From positions 67,268-131,267 of the forward strand of contig JACPPH010000002.1 of assembly GCA_016191105.1 (NCBI GenBank): DNA of 64,000 nt. The letters are read 5' to 3'. The stretch comes from Candidatus Saccharimonadota bacterium. Its GTDB lineage: Bacteria > Patescibacteriota > Saccharimonadia > CAILAD01 > BJGX01. This document shows, piece by piece, positions 56,851 to 64,000 of the stretch. Below the pieces are notes generated by a model. It did not search any database. It was not told the origin of the DNA and saw only the letters and a list, made by a program, of their open reading frames with translations. Each line of letters opens with the position of its first letter. The stretch's first letter is position 1. A program made the position numbers and the translations under genes.

Positions 56851-57241
56851 GTGTTGTTTTTCATTTTTAAAAATACACACATAAATTACTCATGGCTGCA
56901 GATACTGCAGCGCAATATATTTACCATACCCCACTTTGTTAACAACATGCGAGCATGGAGCGTTTTTAAATTTTGATTTTGTTTGCGCCAGCGGCGCCAA
57001 GGTGCTACGATCGCTACATTTTTAGTATAAATTATAGCCGAACAAAAAGCAAACAGTTTATAGCAACAAATTCGAAGGAGCCCACAAAGTGAGTTCCTTC
57101 GTGAGCCAATCGATAGTCGGCTACCAGGGTGAGTTCGAGATCCAGCGACCGGTGGTGAACAAGGTGGTTTGCAAGCTATGGCAGTAGTGATACCATAGCC
57201 CCGAGCGGGCGTGGCTGGGCCGCCACAGCCGGCCGCACCAC

Positions 57242-57571
57242 CTACAAGGGCTGTTCACGCAGCTGGTCGAATCCGACGACGTTGGCGCATGGCTGTCCGT
57301 GGAACTGAACAATGGCTGACTCCTCTCCTGCTTGGGGGTATTCCCCGGCTTGGGTGTAGCGCACCAAGTTGGCGTTAAGGATGCTCTCTCCTAAAGACGG
57401 TTCGAGCTGTAGCTGACAATTGGGCTGCCACATCTTCTGAGTCTCCTCACCCTCGCAGGTTCTTACCTTCACACTGACCAGCACGTGCCCGGGGCTGGTG
57501 AGCATGACTGTGCAGAGCACGCCAGTGGTGAGTGGAAGGCAGTCAACTGCCTCGTGTACGGCCGCTTTCAT
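57242..57571 (-). CDS. hypothetical protein (high-GC islet)
   Basis: About 60% GC, 109 aa. Confidence 0.3.
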   Translation of the reverse strand: MKAAVHEAVDCLPLTTGVLCTVMLTSPGHVLVSVKVRTCEGEETQKMWQPNCQLQLEPSLGESILNANLVRYTQAGEYPQAGEESAIVQFHGQPCANVVGFDQLREQPL

Positions 57572-57680
57572 GAGTGCCTCCTGGTTGTTTGGTACGACTT
57601 CTTAACTAGCATAACTACCAGCAGGTAAAAAAATAAGTAATACGTTTTGACTCAACGCGGTTTGAGTGAAAAATATTTAA

Positions 57681-58238
57681 CTATAGCGAGCTAGAGGTGT
57701 GTTCCACGCCTTCGGCAAAAGCTTTTTTGATTAGCCCTTCGGTTTGGGCAATTACACCTGGTAGCTGTTCCTCTTCGGCCTGGCCAAAGCGTTGCAACAC
57801 ATAGTCGTGAGCGCCAATCTTGGCTAAATTATTGGTCTTAATACCGATTCGAAAACGCACAAAGCTCTCGCCAACTTTGTCGATAATGCTTTTAAGCCCA
57901 TTGTGGCCACCACTGCTGCCACCAATTCTTACCCTGACTTTGCCGAATTCCAGGTCTAGATCGTCAGAAACTACCCAAGTATCGGTATGGGTTAGTTTAT
58001 AAAAATGGCTTAGAGCTTGCACGGCCTGGCCAGAGTCGTTCATAAAGGTTGTTGGTTTAGCTAAAACAACTTTTTCGTCGCCGACTTGAAATTCAGAGAT
58101 TTCGGCCGAAAACTTAGAGCGCTCGTAGAATTCAAGCTCTTTTAGTTTGGCAATATGATCGACCACCATAAATCCCAGGTTGTGGCGAGTTTTGGCGTAT
58201 TCAGTTCCGGGGTTGCCGAGTCCGACGATTAATTTCAC
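57681..58238 (-). CDS. pth: peptidyl-tRNA hydrolase
   Basis: 'LIVGLGNPGTEYAKTRHNLGF'. Confidence 0.9.
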   Translation of the reverse strand: MKLIVGLGNPGTEYAKTRHNLGFMVVDHIAKLKELEFYERSKFSAEISEFQVGDEKVVLAKPTTFMNDSGQAVQALSHFYKLTHTDTWVVSDDLDLEFGKVRVRIGGSSGGHNGLKSIIDKVGESFVRFRIGIKTNNLAKIGAHDYVLQRFGQAEEEQLPGVIAQTEGLIKKAFAEGVEHTSSSL

Positions 58239-59557
58239 TTAGCTTCCTTATACTTACTCTTGTACTCTATTGTAATTGGTACGCCGTTAAGATCATAGCC
58301 AGAGCGCAGGCGATTCTCTAAGAACCTGGTATAGCTCCAGTGCATGAGCTTAGGATGGGTGGCAAAAATTGTAAATATTGGCGGTCTAGTGCCCGTTTGG
58401 GTAATGTAGTTCACCTTGGGCCGCCTGGTTTTTACCGCTACCGGTGGTTGCTTGGCGTTGGCCTCAGCCAAGAATTTATTAAGAGTCGAGGTGGTTAACT
58501 TAAAGTCGAGGCGTTTGTGAATGTCTAATATCATATCTTGCAGCTGATTAAGATTTTGCTTTTCGTGGGCCGAGGTGAAAATAAGTGGTGCCCACCACAC
58601 AAACTGTAGCCGCTTAGCAATTACGCGCGACAGGCGTGCCATGGTGGTGCTGTCTTTGTCTTGCACAGAATCCCACTTGGTTACAACCACAATCAGACCT
58701 TTCTTGGCTTCTTTTACGATGCCTAATATGTGTTGGTCTTGAGCTGTGGCTGGTTCGTTGGCATCTATCAATGCAAGACAGATATCGGCCTGCTCAACGG
58801 CTTTTTTGCTACGCAAACTTGAATAATACTCAATGTCGCGACCAATTTTGCCAGGTTTACGAAGCCCGGCGGTATCGAAATAATGAATTTTTTGACTGTG
58901 ATAAGTTAGCTCAAAGTTATTAACATCGCGAGTGGTACCGGCTGTGCTGCTAGTAATAGCCAGTTTATTGCCGGCTAGCGCGTTCAAAAGACTACTTTTA
59001 CCAACGTTTGGGCGACCCAAGATAGCTACCTGGATAGTTGGCTTTTCGGCCTTTTTAGCTTTGGGTATCTTGCTAGCAATGTAATCAAGCAAGTCCCCCG
59101 TTCCCTGCCCATTTAGGGCTGAAACTTTGAATTCAACATCAAAACCAAGCCTGTTAAATCTGTCTTGACTCACTAACTTTTTATCCGACTCCGCCTTGTT
59201 GATTGCCAAAACCTTCGGTTTACCTGTCTTATGAACTGTTTTAGCCAAGGTTTGATCGGCTTGCCCCGGCTCAACCGTGCCGTCTACCAGTAATAAAACC
59301 AGATCCACCTCGCCCAAGGTTTTCTCCAGTTGTTCCATAGCGGCAATTTTGATTTCACCGTCGGGCTTGGTGTAGCCGGCGGTATCGATTACCTCAAACT
59401 GTTGATTTTGCCATTCTGCCACGCCGCGGTTTAGATCGCGCGTAGTATGGGCCGTATCCGAGATTACCGCTTGATTACTGTGCGTTAAGCGGTTAAATAG
59501 TGTAGATTTGCCAACATTGGGCAGACCCACGATGGCAACTTTTGGCAACGACTTCAT
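58235..59557 (-). CDS. der: ribosome-associated GTPase Der/EngA (tandem GTPase)
   Basis: Two G1 motifs, 'GLPNVGKST' and 'GRPNVGKSS', plus a KH-like C-terminus. Confidence 0.9.
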   Translation of the reverse strand: MKSLPKVAIVGLPNVGKSTLFNRLTHSNQAVISDTAHTTRDLNRGVAEWQNQQFEVIDTAGYTKPDGEIKIAAMEQLEKTLGEVDLVLLLVDGTVEPGQADQTLAKTVHKTGKPKVLAINKAESDKKLVSQDRFNRLGFDVEFKVSALNGQGTGDLLDYIASKIPKAKKAEKPTIQVAILGRPNVGKSSLLNALAGNKLAITSSTAGTTRDVNNFELTYHSQKIHYFDTAGLRKPGKIGRDIEYYSSLRSKKAVEQADICLALIDANEPATAQDQHILGIVKEAKKGLIVVVTKWDSVQDKDSTTMARLSRVIAKRLQFVWWAPLIFTSAHEKQNLNQLQDMILDIHKRLDFKLTTSTLNKFLAEANAKQPPVAVKTRRPKVNYITQTGTRPPIFTIFATHPKLMHWSYTRFLENRLRSGYDLNGVPITIEYKSKYKEAK

Positions 59558-60684
59558 TGTGCAACCCTCCCAGCCGTTGCAAGATCAGCCGTCATTGAGC
59601 TTATTCTGGCATTAAAGCAATCAGCAAGTGAAGATAGCTTTGATACTCGGTGTTCGAGGACTGTTTGAGCCCCGACGGCACCGTCGGGGCGAGTTCCACA
59701 AGAACCCGAAGTTAAAGCCATCTGAATGCTGCTGAATTGTGTCCATGCCGGCAGTTTTGGCTTAACTTTTTGCTGCCAAAAAGTAAGTCGGCCGTTCAGG
59801 CCGAAAGCTGAGTCTTGTCCTGTGCGGACAGCACTTCTTTGTGGCCAAAGAAGCAAAGCCTCCGACATAGGCTCAAAGATCAAACACTGCCCGGCCTTGT
59901 CTGTAAACCCCGTTTTAATACCATATATATAGGGCACGCTCAGGTCTTGATTGGTAGTGGTTAGTTTGTACTGTTTGCCACTCTGAGCGGTGATTGTACT
60001 TTTTTGGGACTTTATAGTATCGCGAAACATCTTGCTATTCAAAAGTATACTGCTTAGCTTTTGCAGATCTTTGGCTGAGGCATAGTGGTTGGGCGTGTCT
60101 AGACCGCTAACGCTATTAAACTGACTATTTTCTAAGTCCCAGGCTTTGGCTGACTGGTTCATTTTGGCCGTAAAACCCTCGATCGAGCCAGCATCCCAGA
60201 CAGCCAAAGCATTGGCGCTGTCGTTGGCTGATTGGATTAGCAGCGCTTGTAACATCTGCTCAACTGTAAACTTCTCGCCCGGCTGAAACCCTAGAGCCTC
60301 ATCAGCCGCGCCCAGAGCTGGTAAGCCGTCTGGAATTGTAACTACATCATCTGGTTTGTGCGATTGCATTATTACCAGTGCGGTCATAAGCTTGGTTAGC
60401 GAAGCCATGGGCAGCTTGGCGTTGTCGTTTTTTTGGTACAGATATTTGCCACTACCTACATCGTAAACAAGGGCGGCCTTGGCGGCAACGGCTGGATCGG
60501 TAGCACTGGCTTTGCGCTCAGGCATGGGCTGGTATTTAGCGGCCTCAAAAACTTGGCTGTAGTTAAGCTTGCCAGCCGAAGACAGCGAGGTCAACCAATC
60601 TTGAGCTTTAGCTATCAGCCCGTTGGGGCTAATTTGAACCTGCACAACTATCAGTAGCAACACCAACCAACTAACAACAAACAC
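59554..60684 (-). CDS. D-alanyl-D-alanine carboxypeptidase (S11 peptidase, PBP5-like)
   Basis: 'ASLTKLMT' (SxxK), 'SGL', 'KTGFT'. Confidence 0.8.
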   Translation of the reverse strand: MFVVSWLVLLLIVVQVQISPNGLIAKAQDWLTSLSSAGKLNYSQVFEAAKYQPMPERKASATDPAVAAKAALVYDVGSGKYLYQKNDNAKLPMASLTKLMTALVIMQSHKPDDVVTIPDGLPALGAADEALGFQPGEKFTVEQMLQALLIQSANDSANALAVWDAGSIEGFTAKMNQSAKAWDLENSQFNSVSGLDTPNHYASAKDLQKLSSILLNSKMFRDTIKSQKSTITAQSGKQYKLTTTNQDLSVPYIYGIKTGFTDKAGQCLIFEPMSEALLLWPQRSAVRTGQDSAFGLNGRLTFWQQKVKPKLPAWTQFSSIQMALTSGSCGTRPDGAVGAQTVLEHRVSKLSSLADCFNARISSMTADLATAGRVAQ

Positions 60685-61394
60685 TACAAAACCTCATTGG
60701 GCTTAATAATTTTGTGTTTCCCTGTGCCCAAATTACTCAAGCTCAACCCCCCCAAAGACACTCGCTCCAGAACCTTTACGGTGTAACCCAGGTCGGCTAA
60801 GGTGCGGCGGATTTGGCGATTACGACCCTCATGCAGGCTAAGCCGCCAGCGCGTAGAGGTGATTTTGCTCAAACTATCAAACTTGCTAATTCCGTCATTG
60901 AGCTTAACACCCATAACTAGCCTTTTTTGGTCACCGGCCGCCAGTGGCTTATCGAGGCCTACTACATATTCCTTGGGCTTTTGGGTTGAGGGGTGGCTAA
61001 GCTTTTGCACCAAGTCTCCATCGGAGCTTAAAATCACCAAGCCAGAGCTATCTTTGTCGAGACGACCGGCGATCTTAAGGTGCGCAAAATTCCGAGGCAG
61101 CAGGCTAAAAATAGTTGGACTATCGCCCTGTTGGGCGTGCGAGCAAATATAACCAACCGGCTTATTGAGAGCCACAACTAAACCACTATCGTGAAACTTG
61201 GCCCCACGGCCAGTTACAGAAACAATATTATTGCTAGTTACGGTGGTGGCTAGGTTATTGATGGTTTTGCCGCCAACTCGAACCTTGCCAGAGCTAATTA
61301 ACTCATCGCCAGCCCGCCGGGAGTTTACAAAACCTAGTTGCACCAAGCGCTTATTAAGTCGAATTTTTTCTGGCTCGCTCAACCTACCCTCCAA
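60684..61394 (-). CDS. pseudouridine synthase (RsuA/RluB family) with an S4 domain
   Basis: S4 'RLNKRLVQLGFVNSRRAGDELI', catalytic 'GRLDKDSSGLVIL'. Confidence 0.85.
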   Translation of the reverse strand: MEGRLSEPEKIRLNKRLVQLGFVNSRRAGDELISSGKVRVGGKTINNLATTVTSNNIVSVTGRGAKFHDSGLVVALNKPVGYICSHAQQGDSPTIFSLLPRNFAHLKIAGRLDKDSSGLVILSSDGDLVQKLSHPSTQKPKEYVVGLDKPLAAGDQKRLVMGVKLNDGISKFDSLSKITSTRWRLSLHEGRNRQIRRTLADLGYTVKVLERVSLGGLSLSNLGTGKHKIIKPNEVL

Positions 61395-61400
61395 TTTTAA

Positions 61401-62738
61401 CTAGGGAGTCAAACGATTAATATCGCGCGGGAACAGGGTGGCTTCTTTGACGTTCTTGAGACCCAGTGTTAACTGGACAAAACGGTCTATGCCAAAACCA
61501 AACCCACCATGCGGTGGCAATCCAAATTCAAATGCGCTCAGATAATGTCTAAACCCAGGATGCTTGGGATCTATGCCAGCAGCCGTGATCTGTTCCACGA
61601 GCTTTTCATGGCGATGTTCTCGCTGTGGTACGGTTGCAATCTCGACACCTCTAAATAGCAGGTCAGAGCTTAGGGCGGTTTTGTCATTTTCGGGATTTTC
61701 CATGTGGTAGAACTTCATAGCCTCTTTTGGCAGATCGGTTACAAATACTGCCTCACAGCCATCGTTCTTTTTGGCATATTCACAGATCCAGCGTTCTTCG
61801 TCTGGGCGCAGATCTTTTTCGCCCACAGTATTTTCGTTGTTGGCCTTGCTGTACATTTCGTGCACCTGCGCTACCGTGTAGCGAGGAAATTCCCTGGTTA
61901 GTTTTAGCTCAGGAGAATTTAACTTTTTGAGAAGTTCGGCCTGTTCTTTGTATAGCTTTTCGAGTGTATCACGAACTAGGTCTTGAGCCAAATCCAGAAC
62001 ATCTTTGTAAGAGTCTATAAACCCAACCTCAACATCTAGCATTGTAACCTCGCTCATATGTCGGGTAGTAGCACTTGGTTCGGCACGATAGGCTTGACCA
62101 ATCTCAAAGACTCGCTCAAACACACCAACCATCATTTGCTTGTAAAGCTGCGGACTTTGAGCCAAAGTAGCCTCCTGGCCAAAGTAGTCTAGCTTAAATA
62201 CCTCGGCGCCACCTTCGGCCGATCCTGCCACTAGCTTGGGTGTTTGGATCTCGACAAAGTCATTGTTGGTCAGGTATTCACGTAAGAGTTGATTGATATG
62301 TGAACGAGCCTTAAAAATAGCCTGTTCTTGTAAGTTGCGTAAGCTCAGTGCCCGGTGTTCAAATAGAGTGTCTAAATGCTCTGGCTTGTGGCTAATGGGC
62401 TTGTCAATTTCAATTAATGGTTCGGCAGTTACCGGAACCAACACTTCGATTCTAGGGTCGTGGATCTCTACACCGCCCTGTGCTCGCTCTTCTTTTACAA
62501 CTTTACCTTCAATTTTCAAAACCGTGCCGATTTGTAGGCTGCGCAGCTTTTCAACTTCGTCTTTTTGTTCGACCACAATCTGAACTAAGCCGCCACGGTC
62601 GCGTAAACTAATAAAATTAAGGCCGCCAAGCAAACGCTTTTTATGCAACCAACCCTCTATCATCACCGACTTGCCAACAGCTTTGGCAAGTTCACTTGTT
62701 AGAGTTCTCATTGCATACATTTTAACAGATAAGGACAT
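61401..62738 (-). CDS. aspS: class IIb aminoacyl-tRNA synthetase, most likely an archaeal/eukaryal-type aspartate--tRNA ligase (AsnRS not excluded)
   Basis: Motif 2 'YRAE', motif 3 'GGFGFGIDRFV', C-terminal 'FPRDINRLTP'. 445 aa. Confidence 0.65.
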   Translation of the reverse strand: MSLSVKMYAMRTLTSELAKAVGKSVMIEGWLHKKRLLGGLNFISLRDRGGLVQIVVEQKDEVEKLRSLQIGTVLKIEGKVVKEERAQGGVEIHDPRIEVLVPVTAEPLIEIDKPISHKPEHLDTLFEHRALSLRNLQEQAIFKARSHINQLLREYLTNNDFVEIQTPKLVAGSAEGGAEVFKLDYFGQEATLAQSPQLYKQMMVGVFERVFEIGQAYRAEPSATTRHMSEVTMLDVEVGFIDSYKDVLDLAQDLVRDTLEKLYKEQAELLKKLNSPELKLTREFPRYTVAQVHEMYSKANNENTVGEKDLRPDEERWICEYAKKNDGCEAVFVTDLPKEAMKFYHMENPENDKTALSSDLLFRGVEIATVPQREHRHEKLVEQITAAGIDPKHPGFRHYLSAFEFGLPPHGGFGFGIDRFVQLTLGLKNVKEATLFPRDINRLTP

Positions 62739-62820
62739 GGTTGATCAAACCAATAATAACGAAGAAGAGCCCGAAGGACTCTCCCTCGAGCTCGGTTGTT
62801 GCACCGATCTTGGATGTTGA

Positions 62821-63516
62821 TCACGCTGGTTCGAGCACTTGGTCTCGCTTGCCGTCGACGGCCTCTTGTTCGAGGCGAGCGACTATCTGCGGTGAGACCA
62901 GTGGTTCGAACATGGGCTCTGCCTCTGGTGCTGCCACCTGTTCCTCTGTGGCGATCACCACTAACGGACAGATGCTGTGCTTCTTGGCAACTGCCGTACG
63001 TCCGATGAGCTGGATTGTGTCGCGGATTGGCCGGTTGTGCTGTTGACCAATGCTCTCACGGCTCAACTTCTTGGCTTTCCTCTTCGTGTCGAGCGCCTCC
63101 ATGGCATAGAAGGTCCCCCATAGGGCCGCAAGACTGGCGGTTGAGATACCGACCATTTCGAGAATGGCGAGGAAGTTGACGATCGCCCCAATCAGTACGG
63201 CGACCGTGCCCATACCGACCCCCCAGATGAAGAAGATTCTGCCGGTCACGCTGAGGCTCTTCTTGTGTCGACGACCCCATTTGCCGCAACGACGACTCAC
63301 ATCGCCGACGAAGCTTCCTACCGCTTCTGCCGCGTCGTTGTTGAAGACCCAGGCGATCGGCACCCAGATAACCACGACCCGCCAGTAGTGGCACAGGTTC
63401 TCGCGGTAGTCCGGTTGGTTCTTGTACTCTCCGTGCTGCTGCCAGTATTGGTAGGCTCGGGCGTGCCAGGCGTTGGGCTGCACTGTCCAGGTACCCCTGT
63501 AACTCTGACTCATGTT
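62821..63516 (-). CDS. hypothetical membrane protein (high-GC islet)
   Basis: High GC with TM helices. The internal ATG at 63516 carries the RBS GGGGAAG. The longer ORF to 63570 extends into low-GC DNA. Confidence 0.4.
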   Translation of the reverse strand, partial: NMSQSYRGTWTVQPNAWHARAYQYWQQHGEYKNQPDYRENLCHYWRVVVIWVPIAWVFNNDAAEAVGSFVGDVSRRCGKWGRRHKKSLSVTGRIFFIWGVGMGTVAVLIGAIVNFLAILEMVGISTASLAALWGTFYAMEALDTKRKAKKLSRESIGQQHNRPIRDTIQLIGRTAVAKKHSICPLVVIATEEQVAAPEAEPMFEPLVSPQIVARLEQEAVDGKRDQVLEPA

Positions 63517-63632
63517 GCTTCCCCTTGTTGGGTCGGTACTTCTACGAATAGATCTAGGCTTATTAAACACCCAAAACCATTAAAGGGCAACAAAAAAGAC
63601 CCTTGCGGGTCTTTTGAACTTTCTAAAACGAT

Positions 63633-64000
63633 TTAGCTAGCCGGTGCGGCGGGCTCTTCGGGCTTCTTTTCGTCTTTACCGCCCACAACTGGCTCGGTCT
63701 TGGTTTGAGTATCGGCTGGGCCCGATAGTATGCGCTTAATGGCGGCTACCACGTCTTCGAGTGTAACTTGAGATTTTACTAAGTATTGATCAACACCCAG
63801 CTTTTCACCACGTTCGCGATCCTCGGGCGAGCTTAAGGCGGTCATCATAATTACTCGGGTGTGGGCAATCTCGGGTGTGGTACGAATAATGTCTAATACA
63901 TCGAAACCAGAAATTCGCGGCATCATAATGTCTAGTAGTACAAGGTCGGGGCGCTCTTTTACGGCTACAGCTAAGGCCTCTTCGCCATTGCTAGCAGTTA
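63633..64000 (-). CDS. response regulator receiver domain protein (5' end beyond the window)
   Basis: The frame stays open upstream to the window edge ('..PDLVLLDIMMPRISGFDVLD', 'VIMMTA'). Lys/Pro/Glu-rich C-terminal tail. Confidence 0.7.
   Translation of the reverse strand, partial: TASNGEEALAVAVKERPDLVLLDIMMPRISGFDVLDIIRTTPEIAHTRVIMMTALSSPEDRERGEKLGVDQYLVKSQVTLEDVVAAIKRILSGPADTQTKTEPVVGGKDEKKPEEPAAPAS

Noticed and set aside
1-64000. Alternative genetic code (UGA recoding, as in some CPR lineages)
   Set aside because: Genes are long and contiguous under the standard code, and TGA is used as a terminal stop (for example the GNAT pseudogene and the RR gene). The two internal stops found are TAA/TAG, not TGA.
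1-64000. CRISPR arrays, rRNA genes, IS elements/transposases, integrases
   Set aside because: No regularly spaced repeats, no rRNA-like conserved stretches, and no DDE or tyrosine-recombinase-like ORFs were seen, despite the att-like duplication at the tRNA-Gln.

Overview
The window reads as a compact Patescibacteria/CPR-type (Saccharibacteria-like) genome segment with a background GC content of about 46-48%. Evidence for that: an archaeal/eukaryal-type AspRS, LPxTG sortase substrates, and a dcw cluster lacking the mur ligases and ftsA/ftsZ. The standard genetic code appears to be in use. Gene content in order: dnaX, dnaB, a GtrA/GT39/GT2/GT39 glycosylation cluster, ybaB-recR, cysS, a TreT-like trehalose synthase, a foreign-looking high-GC ABC exporter with its own consensus promoter, and tRNA-Gln(UUG). 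The 3' 18 nt of that tRNA are duplicated 164 bp downstream, an att-like footprint. Next comes a metal-homeostasis island: a DUF305 protein, an RcnR/CsoR-type repressor with an operator palindrome, an atypical P1B ATPase with a CPD motif and a Met/His-rich N-terminus, and a CDF transporter. After that: an LPxTG surface protein, a GNAT-Nudix-CYTH operon, an alkylation-repair operon (AlkA, a small hypothetical protein, an ATL), an oxidative-stress cluster (Bcp, SOD, AhpC), a degenerate HK-like protein with an orphan RR, recO, glyQS, ridA, a partial dcw cluster (mraZ-rsmH-ftsL-ftsI-mraY-ftsW-murG-ftsQ), a VirD4/TraD-like membrane ATPase, an unusual sigma-region-4 plus tandem HARE-HTH protein, topA, dprA, pth, der, a DD-carboxypeptidase, rluB and aspS. 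Four things stand out. First, at least eight short high-GC (~58-63%) islets, usually single genes, are scattered among the low-GC core genes, most with their own RBS and terminator. Second, leaderless promoters are pervasive (TATAAT or TACAAT 7-8 nt before the ATG). Third, two genes carry in-frame stop codons. Fourth, there are at least two promoter/hairpin/terminator units that look like structured ncRNAs. No rRNA, CRISPR array, transposase or integrase was found.
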